Source: a virus
Lineage: Duplodnaviria > Caudoviricetes
Length of the DNA stretch: 59,643 nt
Virus record (IMG/VR): IMGVR_UViG_3300025445_000001
Span: 1 to 59,643 of that record
Direction: 5' to 3' (one strand)
The notes beneath the pieces were generated by a model, which was not told the origin of the DNA, searched no databases, and saw only the letters and a program-made list of their open reading frames with translations. Every line of letters starts with the position of its first letter. Positions within the stretch are counted from its first letter, which is position 1. The position numbers were made by a program, and so were the translations under genes. Shown one piece after another: positions 9,801 to 19,456 of this stretch.

Positions 9801-10937
9801 CGCACTGAGGTAGGCGGCGCGCTGGCTCTCGATCTTCTTGGTCTCGGCGGCCCGCTGCTGCGCCGTGATGGCTTCCTGCTCGGCCTTCTGCTCCTCGGCC
9901 TGGCGCTGCTGCTCCTCCTCGGCACGGGCGGCACGACGAGCACCATAGGCCCCGGCAGCACCACCTATGGGCGCGGCACCGATGCCACCCTTGAGGGCGG
10001 AGTCCACCACTTCCTTCCAGTTGAAACTCTTGTCCGCGAGGACGTTGACTGCAGCCTGGTCGAGAAGTTCCTGTGCGCCCTCGGTCAAGCCCTCGGTGGC
10101 AGCAGTCTCAAGGGCACCGGCAAGGGCACCGCTCCATCCGGGCCTGCCCTTCAGCAGCTTGGAGGAGATGAGGTTGGTGAGCCTGTCGCCCATCTCCACG
10201 CCCTGCGTCTTGCGCAGCAGCATCACGGGAGCGATGGAGTCGAGGGCACTCTTGAGCGAGCCTACCGCGAAGGCCACGCCGGGACGCAACTGCTGCGTCT
10301 CATCGTAGATGTTGGCAAAGGACTCGGGGATGTTCTGCAGGCCAGAGCCCACCATGGCACCAGCGGCGGCGCCGATCTGCTGGCTCACCTGCTGCATCGC
10401 AGCGGCGTAGGCAGCCTCCTTGGTGACGGTCTGGCCCGCAGCCTGCGCGGCACTCTCGATGGCAGCGGCCCGCGAGGCAACGAGTCCGGTGGCGGCCCTT
10501 CCCGCAGCGAAGCGAGTACCCAGGGCACCCACGCCCACGCCCGGGATGAGTGCCGTGGCGATGGAGGGAAGTGCCTGTCCGAAGGCCTCCGCACCGTAGT
10601 CGTAGAGGGTACCTAGGCTGTTGACATCCTCGTAGGACATCTTGGCCTGGAGACCAGCCTTGTCAAGGCGGTCCATGCGCTCCTTGTACGCCTGCAGGTT
10701 TGCCCTTGCAGCATCGTCGTAGCCAAGGGCAGACTGCGCCATGGCCGGGAGAGCCTCGCTGAGGAGACCCTTGGTCTGCTCCCACCCCGTGGCAAGGCCC
10801 CTCGTGAAGGCACCGGGCCCCTCGGGGTTCTTGCTGGGCACCCAGTCCATGCCATCCCACTCGATGACATAGGCACCCGGAGTGTTCTTGAACGGGACGT
10901 ACTTGCTACCATCCCATTCATACTTGGTGTCGGCCAT
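6816..10937 (-). CDS. Large multidomain internal virion protein (1373 aa) with sigma-70 R1.1-like repeats and a JAB domain
   Basis: Ala/Gly-rich ejection-type N-terminus, Pro-rich linkers, LKTLYDLGKQRGYITFDEIN, E...HSHP...S..D. Confidence 0.75.
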   Translation of the reverse strand: MADTKYEWDGSKYVPFKNTPGAYVIEWDGMDWVPSKNPEGPGAFTRGLATGWEQTKGLLSEALPAMAQSALGYDDAARANLQAYKERMDRLDKAGLQAKMSYEDVNSLGTLYDYGAEAFGQALPSIATALIPGVGVGALGTRFAAGRAATGLVASRAAAIESAAQAAGQTVTKEAAYAAAMQQVSQQIGAAAGAMVGSGLQNIPESFANIYDETQQLRPGVAFAVGSLKSALDSIAPVMLLRKTQGVEMGDRLTNLISSKLLKGRPGWSGALAGALETAATEGLTEGAQELLDQAAVNVLADKSFNWKEVVDSALKGGIGAAPIGGAAGAYGARRAARAEEEQQRQAEEQKAEQEAITAQQRAAETKKIESQRAAYLSAVQLPEAYAAAREYDPAKLLGPEAPITDKIKRKLAMRQNLSTDEEGALVNMSPQEFERYIKLSLDEDPEIIKDIPEIGAYEFMNETPPPVPKGPAPDAISEIYSTVLENIPTTNKGTRDANQMFTPGFLAELGLQTTPEQNKEVLARLVAEGEVVQKGAFFRFTTDAEKEAFDVRRDPKLAEALNAEKPDTKLQKRWLEKALGREIQDPTSVPKLFKMLEREGLVVQKGPYWQRVEPMQVDRKMRQRLFAMGYEPSDIETMSGKEAYDIISNNTWPGTGNIPATQPAAQPVAPEPPTQVTPAPTAVAPTPAPVQVEPPAPTPVASPLDDPGLKTLYDLGKQRGYITFDEINASVPNLEKVSVETIEAFLQELSSAGIAIVDTPPTPEPSTPAAETPPPKPAAPEVPPAQEVPAIKPANPLLEDYNIQRLVAIVNREKFATYDQIKQRLEKVPPSLRQDGDVETIAAYLRSLGAAVVEDPVPQELKDNVALNEKIFGEKIVSLAEIDDIANIGQRFAIREYFRKQGILGAITEGKPIKIIPKDVARILDDNSKVFDVKVVGKDQILKAIPELNLDKYASYLKEIELLLARNNTLVVDRIPSEKPTIASDTWAGWPGELPLGRKNVLFGSKLRNEAALYVYRKNLPFDTNAKNMLAYLSSETRRTGKEHAFAVDVNGGLIDVVTDGNTSSVYSGDKIARQLLDPTNKAMYVHSHPDNTSFSKGDLRNFSGDGRRYQRVNAVRSIDGNTYFAIKPNELMGVDYYIPMGTLSMMAYDTSIKITPDLADGVADDGRRWEFATRLANLMLARTGMIHYTEALEDTPGGSFSDLEKFYRKYNLNVDKILDDFAAEAETWLEKHFDNYPQEESKLRKAFDAGKDYRGVYYRYAQSLGSPGGLERILAGTEDPSSLSGEAGRPEGLPGRTAGEAQEEAPAAETRRIAPGSLVDFMRDQEKGEVPGLILPEDFPEDSRKIVDTMQQRFDKQMRGGEAFAEDISCG

Positions 10938-10939
10938 GG

Positions 10940-12298
10940 TTACCTGGACGGAGGACGTATGAGAGTTTGAGGCGCTTCGGGAGCCTCCGTGGAGAGGCCC
11001 ATCGACTGCATCATGAACTGCATGGCGCGCGCCTGTAGCTTACGAGCTTCCTCATCATTCCCCTGCGCGGCTGCAGCTTGAGCCTGCTTCATGAGGGCAG
11101 CAGCGTTGTTAGCGGCAACTCGATCCTGTGCCGTGTCACTGCGCAGCAGGCCCGCGTAGTTGCCGGTCTTGAGACCGATCTCCAGGGTGGCTCGCGCCAA
11201 CTCGGCACTCTCCTGCGGAGTGAGGCGCGCACCGGATTCGCGCTTGCCCTGCAGCTCCGACACCGTGGCGATGACACCACTGGACTCAAGGTCACGGAAG
11301 ATCTGGGAGGGCTGACGCGCAAGGTTGGCCTTGAGCGTATCCCTTGCGATGTCCACGTGGGCGCTCTGCACGAGGACCCCGGCCATGGCAACCTTCTGGC
11401 TCTGGGCCGACAGGGCTTCGCTGGACATGTTGTGGCGCTGCATCTCACGCAGCTTGTCTGTTTCGAGGTTGTAGGTCTTGATGGCCTTGTCGCGCTCGAA
11501 AACAGAGTTCTCGATGTCGCGCTTGATCCCGGCCATGCGCAGCTTGTCCTCGCGGGACTCCTTGGCCTCTTCCTTCTCGCTGAGGCGCTGCTTCTCGCGC
11601 TCGCCACGGTACTCCCTGACGCCCTCGGCAACGGGACCGGCGATCTGGCCAAGGGCACCCTGCCCCAGCTTGGGCTGCCCAGCCAAGATCTTGAGGCCGG
11701 TCTCAAGGAGAGCCATGCCCTGGTCAGCCTTGTACGTGGGCTGTGCCTTGCGCTCCTCGGGAAGCTCCGCCATCACGCGCTGCTTGTACGCCTCCGGGTC
11801 CTCGAACTTGCCCTGCTGCACGGTAAAGGCACGACCTCCCCCACCAGCACCGGGCTGACCAAGGAAGCGCCGCATGGCATCCACCGTGCTCTCCGGAGGC
11901 TGCTCCTGGGCAGGTGCCGGAGGTGCCGGGGGAGGCGGAGGAGGTGGTTCGGCAACTGGCGGGGATGGGAGGAAAGACCTGAGAGCCCTGCCTGCAATGG
12001 CTTCGGCAGTGAGGTCTTCCGCAGAGGGCCTGTACTGCGGGGTTTCGGCACGTTCCGCCCCTCGCCTCTCAAGGTACTGCTCTCGAAAGGCTGGAGTCGG
12101 AAAACCTCCGGCCTCGGGAGGACGCTCGATTACGGCCTGCGGAATACCTCCCGGCATGGTACGCTCAAGCCGACGCATCCGCTCCAGATTGGTAATGTAC
12201 TCCCTGCGAGAAGCCGGAAGCCTAAGATACTCGGGAGTGCTCTTGAACCTCCTGAGTTCATCCGGTCCCATTTCCTCGATACGAGAGATGTCAGGCAT
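10940..12298 (-). CDS. Putative internal virion/ejection protein
   Basis: Pro-rich then coiled-coil Ala/Gln/Glu-rich; start placed at the ATG just after the SLT gene stop. Confidence 0.55.
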   Translation of the reverse strand: MPDISRIEEMGPDELRRFKSTPEYLRLPASRREYITNLERMRRLERTMPGGIPQAVIERPPEAGGFPTPAFREQYLERRGAERAETPQYRPSAEDLTAEAIAGRALRSFLPSPPVAEPPPPPPPAPPAPAQEQPPESTVDAMRRFLGQPGAGGGGRAFTVQQGKFEDPEAYKQRVMAELPEERKAQPTYKADQGMALLETGLKILAGQPKLGQGALGQIAGPVAEGVREYRGEREKQRLSEKEEAKESREDKLRMAGIKRDIENSVFERDKAIKTYNLETDKLREMQRHNMSSEALSAQSQKVAMAGVLVQSAHVDIARDTLKANLARQPSQIFRDLESSGVIATVSELQGKRESGARLTPQESAELARATLEIGLKTGNYAGLLRSDTAQDRVAANNAAALMKQAQAAAAQGNDEEARKLQARAMQFMMQSMGLSTEAPEAPQTLIRPPSR

Positions 12299-12299
12299 G

Positions 12300-12827
12300 T
12301 CAGTAGGTCCTGGGTCGGGGGGAAGGCGGGAAGTCCGAGAGGCCCTGGATGAACTCCTCGTGCGGCGGACGGGAACCAAGTTCCTCCATCTCGCGCATGC
12401 CCGTGGGGATGGAGTTCTCGAACTTGGGATTCATGCTGTGGACGTAAAGGATATAGCGACGAACAGGTTCCGGGAGCTTGCCAAGCCAGTCATCCCCGTG
12501 CTTGGCGATGTGGCGGCGCAGGCGAGTGGGTCCCCAGTTGTAGGCGGCGATGCCCTTCAGCTCGTCGTTGAACATATCCTGCAGCTTCTTGGCGTAGCCC
12601 AGGCCCCCGGTGATGTTCTGGTACGGGTCATTGCGATCAATGCCCATGACCTTCTCGACCTCAGGGCCAAGCTGCATGGGACCTACGTAGCGGGTGCCCC
12701 TGCCTGCGGTGGCCTTGTTCTTCTCGTTGCCCGTCTCGCGATAGTAGATGCCGAAGAGCGACGAGGGGAACTGCCCACTCGCCATCAACTTCTCATAGAA
12801 CTTGTCGAGTTCTTCGTTCGTGGGCAT
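12300..12827 (-). CDS. Lytic transglycosylase (SLT) domain protein, probably virion-associated
   Basis: ET catalytic motif, GPMQL, N..GG..Y, AAYNWGP. Confidence 0.85.
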   Translation of the reverse strand: MPTNEELDKFYEKLMASGQFPSSLFGIYYRETGNEKNKATAGRGTRYVGPMQLGPEVEKVMGIDRNDPYQNITGGLGYAKKLQDMFNDELKGIAAYNWGPTRLRRHIAKHGDDWLGKLPEPVRRYILYVHSMNPKFENSIPTGMREMEELGSRPPHEEFIQGLSDFPPSPRPRTY

Positions 12828-12828
12828 T

Positions 12829-13803
12829 TTATCCCCACGGAGATAGAGACTTGAGGTATTCCCATCCACCGCTGAGAGCATTCTTGATGGGATTGTAGTA
12901 AGTCTCGCCTGCCTTGGTGGTAGACCCAGCAAGGTTGTAGATACCAGCACCAGTAAGAAGAGTGCCAGCCGCCGTGGTGAGAGGAGAAGCCTGCGGAGTG
13001 ATAACTTGGCCCGTGGTAGTGGTGGTAGCCTGCGGAGCTACACCACGGAAGATTTGGCTGAGGCGCTCGATCTGCCCGAGATCGTAGCCCTCCTTGCGCA
13101 TCTGCTCCTGGAAGGCGAGGTCCCGCTGCTGCTGCTCAAGCTGGCGCGGAAGGGCCTGTGCCCCGAGGACGGACTGGAGGCCCTGCAGAGCCATGCCCTG
13201 CTCCGCTGCTCCAAGCTGGCGGAAAAGGTCGGCACCCAGAAGCTGGCGCTTGGCCTCCTCGCCGAAGAGATCCGTGGCAGCCTTGTATGCCCTCTCCTGC
13301 CCGGTAGACTGGATGTCCGCCAGGCGCTGGCCAAGGTTGCGCTCGGCCTCCGACTCCACGACGCCCTGGCGCGCACCACCAAAAGCACCCACGCGAGAAG
13401 CCTGGAAGCCGATCTGCGGGCGCATCTTCTCGTAGTCCCTGATGGCCTCGCGCTTGGCGATATCGGTGACCTGCTGCGTGTAGGGATTCATGTACTGCGC
13501 GAGGTCGATGTCCTGCACACCCCTTGTGCCTTGCAGGGCAGAAGCCATCCCAGCAGCCAGTCCCGGCTGATAGGCGAAAGCGGCAGTAGGAGTAGCGGCA
13601 ATCGCCTGCTGCTCAATGTCACTGAGAGGTGCGATGCGCCGCGCCGGGTCATAGTACTGGTACTCCGGCATGGCCTTGGCGGCAGACTCCAGGATGTTGC
13701 GCTGGATGTTGGCCGCCCAGTCGGGAAGCTCCGCCGCCGTCACCGTGGTGGTAGGCGTCGAAGTCGTGGAGCCTTTGGTGAGTTGGTCCCAAAGTGAAGC
13801 CAT
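12829..13803 (-). CDS. Putative DNA transfer/pilot protein
   Basis: Gln/Ala-rich; YMNPYTQQV and GAFGGARQG motifs typical of podovirus ejection proteins. Confidence 0.6.
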   Translation of the reverse strand: MASLWDQLTKGSTTSTPTTTVTAAELPDWAANIQRNILESAAKAMPEYQYYDPARRIAPLSDIEQQAIAATPTAAFAYQPGLAAGMASALQGTRGVQDIDLAQYMNPYTQQVTDIAKREAIRDYEKMRPQIGFQASRVGAFGGARQGVVESEAERNLGQRLADIQSTGQERAYKAATDLFGEEAKRQLLGADLFRQLGAAEQGMALQGLQSVLGAQALPRQLEQQQRDLAFQEQMRKEGYDLGQIERLSQIFRGVAPQATTTTTGQVITPQASPLTTAAGTLLTGAGIYNLAGSTTKAGETYYNPIKNALSGGWEYLKSLSPWG

Positions 13804-13829
13804 GGCCAGTATCCTATCCCGGGTAGTGC

Positions 13830-13858
13830 ATTATATCATGGTGAGGGCTCATGTGCAA
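13830..13858 (-). promoter_or_regulatory. Sigma-70-type promoter with extended -10 for the ejection-protein block
   Basis: TTGCAC-N17-TATAAT with TG one base upstream of the -10. Confidence 0.75.
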
Positions 13859-14752
13859 CTACGTCCGTGCCATGAGGGTTGCGATGTCGTAGTTCTTGGG
13901 AGGCTGCCTCTCGTGCCCGTAGGCCTTCTTGCGAATTGCCTTGCGGATCTCTTCGAGCTTCTTGGCTCCCGCCGCGTTGTTGCCGTCCCCCAAAGCAGCC
14001 ACGGTGGCGGCATCGAAGACGAACTCCCCGGAGGAGAGACGGGCAGGCTGCTTGCCGTCGATGATGGCGGGCACGTCGTCATCCATGCCGCCGCTCTTGC
14101 CCGGGACGTAGCCCCCGCGCGCAAGGTAGGTTGCCGCCACGTTGGGAATTACCCCAAGGAAGGGATTGCTCTGGAGAGCCTGCACCACGGCAGAGACCCC
14201 TGGCCTGTTGGCGTAGGGAGAGAGACCAGCATACTGGGAGATGGGAGACTGGTAGATTCCCTGCGGCATCTGGGCCATGAGATTGTCACGGCTGTCGCGC
14301 GTACCGTAGGCATCCACGGAGGGGTCGTCACTGGGAGCCAACTCGGAAGGGGCACTGCCCTTGAGGCCCACGGCTTCCGCAAGGGAGCCAAGCCCCGAGG
14401 CCACGCCACGAGCCAACCCCGATACAGCATTGAATCCCGGAGCGAAGGTACCAACGCTGCGGGCCACGTTGGCGGGATTGCCAAAGAACGCATCAATGGT
14501 ATCCATGAAGGTACCGGCAGGACCCACGGAGATGTTACCCGGCTGGCTGAACTGCGCGGGACCAAAATTCTCAGGCCCTAGGGCATACCCTCTCGGGCCA
14601 GATTCAGTTTCAACGGTACCAGTGTAACTTGTGCTGCCGGGGATTCCCCTCTGGGCAGCAGGCTGCGCAACCTCGTAGGCCATGCTCCATCCCCCGTAGT
14701 CCGAGGGAGAGGTGTCCGACATCGAGGTGCCTTGGCCTTCGTATCCACTCAT
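13859..14752 (-). CDS. Virion-associated hypothetical protein
   Basis: C-terminal conserved phage motif ARGGYVPG...DDVPA...LSSGEFVF. Confidence 0.6.
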   Translation of the reverse strand: MSGYEGQGTSMSDTSPSDYGGWSMAYEVAQPAAQRGIPGSTSYTGTVETESGPRGYALGPENFGPAQFSQPGNISVGPAGTFMDTIDAFFGNPANVARSVGTFAPGFNAVSGLARGVASGLGSLAEAVGLKGSAPSELAPSDDPSVDAYGTRDSRDNLMAQMPQGIYQSPISQYAGLSPYANRPGVSAVVQALQSNPFLGVIPNVAATYLARGGYVPGKSGGMDDDVPAIIDGKQPARLSSGEFVFDAATVAALGDGNNAAGAKKLEEIRKAIRKKAYGHERQPPKNYDIATLMART

Positions 14753-15012
14753 GTCTTGTCCACCTTTACGAGTCCCTTATCCTGCAGGTCGCTGAGGAGC
14801 TTCACTACTGTATAGGCCACCGCAGTAACATTGATGCTACCAAGATCTATGGTAGCACTGGTGGGTATTGTACCAGAAACCGCGTAGCCTGTCACTGCGG
14901 GTCCCGTCACCACCTGCCCGTGGTAGAGGTTGAGGACGCGCACCAGCTCGCCCCAACTGCGCTGGGCGTCGGGCTGCAGGGATGCGGGAGGAAGGGGAAG
15001 CAGGGGCTTCAT
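14749..15012 (-). CDS. Hypothetical protein (87 aa)
   Basis: ATGA overlaps at both ends. Confidence 0.6.
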   Translation of the reverse strand: MKPLLPLPPASLQPDAQRSWGELVRVLNLYHGQVVTGPAVTGYAVSGTIPTSATIDLGSINVTAVAYTVVKLLSDLQDKGLVKVDKT

Positions 15013-16862
15013 CGCTGGCCATCCTGCGCGATGCGGAAGCGCATGGCACCCAGGCGCCAAGAAGTGTTGACTCCGTCACCCTCGATGCGGTAATATGCAT
15101 GGCGGCCCCGTATGCGCATATCAATCTTCTGGGTCTGCGCCGACACCGTGAAGGGCCCCTTGGTGATCTCCTGCGCAACCGGCGTGTTGGGATACTTGAG
15201 GGTGTGCAGGGTGATCTCGATGTTGCCCGGCAGCGTCTCCCCGTTGCGATCCGAGAAGTCGGGGATGATGCGATCCATGAAGATGAGTTCCTGACCCGCA
15301 TCGAGGTCGAAGAGGTTGCTCTCGATGTAGGAGGCCAGGGCCTGCCCATCGGCATCGTTGCCATACTCGTGGTAGTACAATTTGGTGGCGCTGGCATCGT
15401 ACCCGGCGGCGATGGGGTAGGTGGCAATCCCCTGGTCGATCCACGCCGTGCGCACCATCGTGCCGATGCTCCACGTCGCCTCCATGTAGTTGTAGATGAC
15501 GTAGCTATCGACTTCCCCTGAGGTGGTGGGATAGAACCAGATGACCTCGTTGTAGGAGGTGTTGCTCCCACAGGTGATCTTGTCAAGCTGGGTGCGATCC
15601 AGAGCCTCGAAGACGTAGCGCAGCACGTCGCACTTGATGGGCTGGGCGGCGGCGCCATCGTAGACCATGAAGCGTTCATCGGCCATCCAGAAGGTGCGGC
15701 CCGCAACCTCCACCATGGCATGCTGCCCGAGGGTGCCGCAGTTGGTACCAATAAGTTGGAACCCGAAGGTGTAGGGCGGGCCAACCTGCTGCATGCTGTA
15801 GAGGTTCTCGTCGGTCCAGATGAGTATCTGGCCACGGGTGCGGCGCGCCGCCACGATCTTGGAGGCACCGCTGAGGACCTTGTCGCCCGCCGTGTTGGTG
15901 GCCGAAGCGGTCCAGTCGTTGATGTTTTCCTGGCTGCACCACCTGATGTAGAGGGGGTTCACCACCGAGGTGAGGGCATCGGGGCACCCGAAGGTGATGA
16001 GGTGGCGGTCCTCTGGGGAGACGAGGATCTGGGTATTCTGGGTGGGCGAGGCGGTAACCTCATAAGCTCGGTTTGCCACACCGCCACTGCTATCCCAGTA
16101 GTAGATGCCTCCGCTGCGAGGGCATGCCGCCAGGTCCTCGCCCCAATTGTCCATGCTCCAGTAGCGCAGCGGGGCCACGAAGGCGGAGGAAGCGGGAGTT
16201 CCCCAACCCTGGCCGCCACTCCATACGCCTGCGCCCCACCCGAAGCTGGGAGCGTTGCTGGCGAAACCGGAGGGGTGGAGGAAGAAGCCGGTTGCGAGGC
16301 CCCCGCCCGAAGCCGAGGTGGCCGCAGCCGTGACGCCCGTGTCGATGGTGAAGGAGTTGGCGTCCACCACCGTGATGGGGAATCCCCCCAGGGGAGCCGA
16401 GACGGGGTAGACGTTGCCGCCCACCGTGGTTGCCACGGAGGTAAAGTAGAAGTAGTCGCCGGTGCTATGGCCGTGGGCGGAGACGGAAACGGTGATGTTG
16501 GTGGAGCCCGCCGATGTGCTGATGATGTTGGAGGCGGACACGGAGGTATCCACGGGGGTGATGTCGTAGTACTTGCCCCCGTCCCACACCATGAGGTGGG
16601 AGTTGGTGCCCACCGCCAGGTAGGTGGTGCCCGCCAGGTTGACCCACGTGAAGAGGGAGCGGCCCACGCCCGGGACGGTAACGCTATCCCCCACGCCATT
16701 GATGTTCTGCCAACCCCCAATCTTCTCGGGCTGGCCGAAGCGGAAGCGCACCTTGTCGCCATCGTACCAGCCACCCTCGCCCGCATACTTGGTGAGTTCG
16801 CGGTTGATGCCAGCCTTGGCACCTACGGAGATGAGGCGGGGAGATGCGATGCCGTCAGCCAC
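15009..16862 (-). CDS. Tail nozzle / packaged-DNA stabilisation protein (tail tubular B or P22 gp10-like)
   Basis: 617 aa, beta-rich propeller-like, with an inserted Ser/Thr-rich HG...GD...F(T/S)I domain; position in tail module. Confidence 0.65.
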   Translation of the reverse strand: MADGIASPRLISVGAKAGINRELTKYAGEGGWYDGDKVRFRFGQPEKIGGWQNINGVGDSVTVPGVGRSLFTWVNLAGTTYLAVGTNSHLMVWDGGKYYDITPVDTSVSASNIISTSAGSTNITVSVSAHGHSTGDYFYFTSVATTVGGNVYPVSAPLGGFPITVVDANSFTIDTGVTAAATSASGGGLATGFFLHPSGFASNAPSFGWGAGVWSGGQGWGTPASSAFVAPLRYWSMDNWGEDLAACPRSGGIYYWDSSGGVANRAYEVTASPTQNTQILVSPEDRHLITFGCPDALTSVVNPLYIRWCSQENINDWTASATNTAGDKVLSGASKIVAARRTRGQILIWTDENLYSMQQVGPPYTFGFQLIGTNCGTLGQHAMVEVAGRTFWMADERFMVYDGAAAQPIKCDVLRYVFEALDRTQLDKITCGSNTSYNEVIWFYPTTSGEVDSYVIYNYMEATWSIGTMVRTAWIDQGIATYPIAAGYDASATKLYYHEYGNDADGQALASYIESNLFDLDAGQELIFMDRIIPDFSDRNGETLPGNIEITLHTLKYPNTPVAQEITKGPFTVSAQTQKIDMRIRGRHAYYRIEGDGVNTSWRLGAMRFRIAQDGQR

Positions 16863-17028
16863 CTTTGCGCCTCTTGAGGAAGTCCTGCACCGTCTTGGAC
16901 TCGTAGATGCGGATGGCGGTCCACACGATGGTGAAGATGGCGGCGATGGCGGGAAGGATTCCGGCGAGGGTGCCTACCACCGTGGCGACGCTGGCGGTAT
17001 CCACGAGGGTCTTGGTATGCTCATCCAT
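16855..17028 (-). CDS. Small membrane protein, holin-like
   Basis: Hydrophobic core ILPAIAAIFTIVWTAI with a basic C-terminus. Confidence 0.55.
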   Translation of the reverse strand: MDEHTKTLVDTASVATVVGTLAGILPAIAAIFTIVWTAIRIYESKTVQDFLKRRKGG

Positions 17029-17287
17029 TGCCGCCCCCAAAGACGTTCAGCACGATGGTGTTGTCTTCCAAGGCGACGATCTCATGGAAGCGGGAAGCCC
17101 TAAAAAGGATGGGCGGATCCGAAGGAGTGCGCTCGACTTCGCGGGTATCGGTGGCAGCCTTTATCCTGCCCGCCGCCACGATGGTCAGGTGGTCCACGTC
17201 GTGGATGTGCTTGGGCAGCCCCTCTCCCGCAGCAAAGACATACCTGACGTAGGTCTGGCCCATGGCGGAGAAGGAGTGCTGCTGCAT
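17021..17287 (-). CDS. Cupin-domain protein
   Basis: HxH...H...G and FHEIVALED cupin motifs. Confidence 0.75.
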   Translation of the reverse strand: MQQHSFSAMGQTYVRYVFAAGEGLPKHIHDVDHLTIVAAGRIKAATDTREVERTPSDPPILFRASRFHEIVALEDNTIVLNVFGGGNG

Positions 17288-17288
17288 C

Positions 17289-17549
17289 TCACATTTCCTC
17301 GACGCCCGTGGCAGGCTGCCCTTGAGGCACCACGGGGGCTGGCGTCACGGCTTCCCACGCCTGCACGAAGGGAGCTACCACCTCAAAGTCCTCGACCAGA
17401 AAGGGTGCCCCAACCTTGACCTCCACGTCCCCGTAGGTGTCGTACCACTGGATGGCCCGCCAATTGGGATCGTAGGAAGGAAGCGCCACGTGCCGATGGA
17501 CGCCATCCACGTACACAGCGTTGTCGGGAAAGATGACCGTGACGCGCAT
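17289..17549 (-). CDS. Tail-fibre-associated small protein
   Basis: MRVTVIFPDNAVYVDG...AIQWYD...GDVE; directly follows the fibre gene; GAGG RBS. Confidence 0.55.
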   Translation of the reverse strand: MRVTVIFPDNAVYVDGVHRHVALPSYDPNWRAIQWYDTYGDVEVKVGAPFLVEDFEVVAPFVQAWEAVTPAPVVPQGQPATGVEEM

Positions 17550-17556
17550 GTCAGCC

Positions 17557-18789
17557 TCAAGTCTTGATGATCTTGTTGAGTATGAGAGTGGGCTGGGTAT
17601 TCTGGTGAGCACCACCGCCGCCGGTAGATCCCGTATTGACGTTTCCACCGGAGCCACACGCACCTTGCGCGACAAACGATCCCGCGCCCAGAGCGCCAGT
17701 ATGGGTGTGAGCAGGCATTTCGGTGGTGGTGAGGGTGTGCGTTTGCGTACCACCGGAGGCACCCAGAGTGGTGCCCGTGATGCCGCTTCCCCCCGAGGTG
17801 ATGCGGTTGGCGGCGCTGCCACCCATGTCGTCCTTACCAGCGGCGACACGACCACGCAGGTCAGGGAGGTTGAAGGTGGTGCTGCCGTCACCGGAGCCGA
17901 AGGTGGTGCCGATGGCCGTGAAGAGATCTGAGTAGGTGGTGCGGCTTACCGCCTGACCAAAGCACAGCAGGTAGCCGCTGGGGGCCGCAGTACCCGCGTA
18001 GTCGAAGACGGAGCCTGCGGGGATGCCCGAAGCACTTGTGGCGGCAGTGCTCTGCAGGGTGCCATCCGGGAACTTGACGCCCCCGAGGGTGGACTCTACG
18101 GTGGCGGCCACCACGAGGGACTTGGAGATGTTGACCGTGGACGTGAAGACGGCGGCCCCAGTCACCGAGAGAGGGGCGTTGATGGCCACCGCAGAGGTGA
18201 AGGTGGCGGCCCCCGTGAATGCCGCAGATCCCGTCACGGAGAGGGTGGCGCGGATATCGACGGGGCGAGTGAAGGCGGCGCTGGCGCTGACGGAGACTGG
18301 GCCAGTGATGTCCACCGAGGAGGTGAAGGTGTTGGCGCCCGTAAAGACCTGCGAGGCACTGAGTCGAGCATAGCCCGAGAGGGACGTTGGCGTAGTGTTG
18401 ACCGCCGAGGCCCCATCCGAGATGGCAAAGACCCACTCGTTGGAGGGGAGGGTGAAGCCGGTACCCGAGGAGGTGCGGAAGGTGAGGGCGCTACCCGTGG
18501 CGCTATTCTTTACCCAGTAGCCCTTGGCCACGTCGGGCACCACCACGCTGATGGCGGAGGCCACGGTGCCCACGAACTTGATGAAGGCGTTGCGCCCATT
18601 GGAGGCGGAGGCGTCGGCGATGTCGAGGGTGTAGGTAGCGGAGGCCGACGTGAGGGTAATCTTGACGTACCCGGCGATGGCCTGCTGCAGGAGGTTGAGG
18701 TTGTTGTTGGTCTTGACGCCCCACGTGTTGGCGTTTTCGCCAGTGGCCTGCAATTCGAGGCGCAGGGAGGAGGAATACGTAGAGGGCAT
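17557..18789 (-). CDS. Short tail fibre with C-terminal collar domain
   Basis: Ser/Thr/Ala beta repeats; collar PSGYLLCFGQAVSRTTYSDLF...TTFNLPDLRGR; ends NKIIKT. Confidence 0.85.
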   Translation of the reverse strand: MPSTYSSSLRLELQATGENANTWGVKTNNNLNLLQQAIAGYVKITLTSASATYTLDIADASASNGRNAFIKFVGTVASAISVVVPDVAKGYWVKNSATGSALTFRTSSGTGFTLPSNEWVFAISDGASAVNTTPTSLSGYARLSASQVFTGANTFTSSVDITGPVSVSASAAFTRPVDIRATLSVTGSAAFTGAATFTSAVAINAPLSVTGAAVFTSTVNISKSLVVAATVESTLGGVKFPDGTLQSTAATSASGIPAGSVFDYAGTAAPSGYLLCFGQAVSRTTYSDLFTAIGTTFGSGDGSTTFNLPDLRGRVAAGKDDMGGSAANRITSGGSGITGTTLGASGGTQTHTLTTTEMPAHTHTGALGAGSFVAQGACGSGGNVNTGSTGGGGAHQNTQPTLILNKIIKT

Positions 18790-19442
18790 TACACGCCTCC
18801 CATCAGGGTGTTGTCGCCACCAGCGGGCGAATCATTCTTGAGGTTGTCGTCCTGACGGGTCCGGCGGGCCTCGTTGCGCAGCTTCGCCACGGCGTCCTGA
18901 TACTTGCCTTCCCACATGGCGGCGGCCTGATAGTTCTTCATGAACATGCAGGCCTCGTGCATGCACCCGTAGAAGAGGGCCTCGGGGGCATACTCGGTGA
19001 GCCAGTTGGTGGAGGTGCCCACGCTGCCGATGGAGGTGGGGATCTGGACGTAGGAGATTTCCACGGAGGCCTGCGAGGAGGGCGCCGGGGCGATGAGGAT
19101 CTGGTTGAAGCCCCAGCGGGCAAAGTACTTGGGTTCCCCCGTGGAGGTGCGCTGCGGCCAATACTCTCGGAGGAACTCGTCGGTACGCATGATGAGCTGG
19201 TTGTACCTTCCCGCCGACACGTAGTTCACAGCCTTCAACACCAGCGCGTCGGAGGGGACCGAGACCAGGTAGGTGGAGACCGTTGCGGTAGTGTATACTA
19301 CGAAGCCGTAGGTGTCAATGTCGCGGGAGAGGCGCATCCGCGTCTGATCAATGAAGGTGGGGATGGCGTCGGCAAACTCCGAGTCATCGTTCTCCGAGGC
19401 CGACTTGATGTAGTTGTAGAGCTGGGTGTAGGAGGTGGACAC
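18789..19442 (-). CDS. Head-tail adaptor (tail tubular A-like)
   Basis: 217 aa; G.PKYF and I..AP.P motifs; position. Confidence 0.6.
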   Translation of the reverse strand: MSTSYTQLYNYIKSASENDDSEFADAIPTFIDQTRMRLSRDIDTYGFVVYTTATVSTYLVSVPSDALVLKAVNYVSAGRYNQLIMRTDEFLREYWPQRTSTGEPKYFARWGFNQILIAPAPSSQASVEISYVQIPTSIGSVGTSTNWLTEYAPEALFYGCMHEACMFMKNYQAAAMWEGKYQDAVAKLRNEARRTRQDDNLKNDSPAGGDNTLMGGV

Positions 19443-19456
19443 TGTCTACTCCCCCG

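Noticed and set aside
6816-10937. Complete phage-encoded sigma factor or virion RNA polymerase
   Set aside because: Only region 1.1-like repeats were found; no sigma regions 2-4 or polymerase catalytic motifs were recognised
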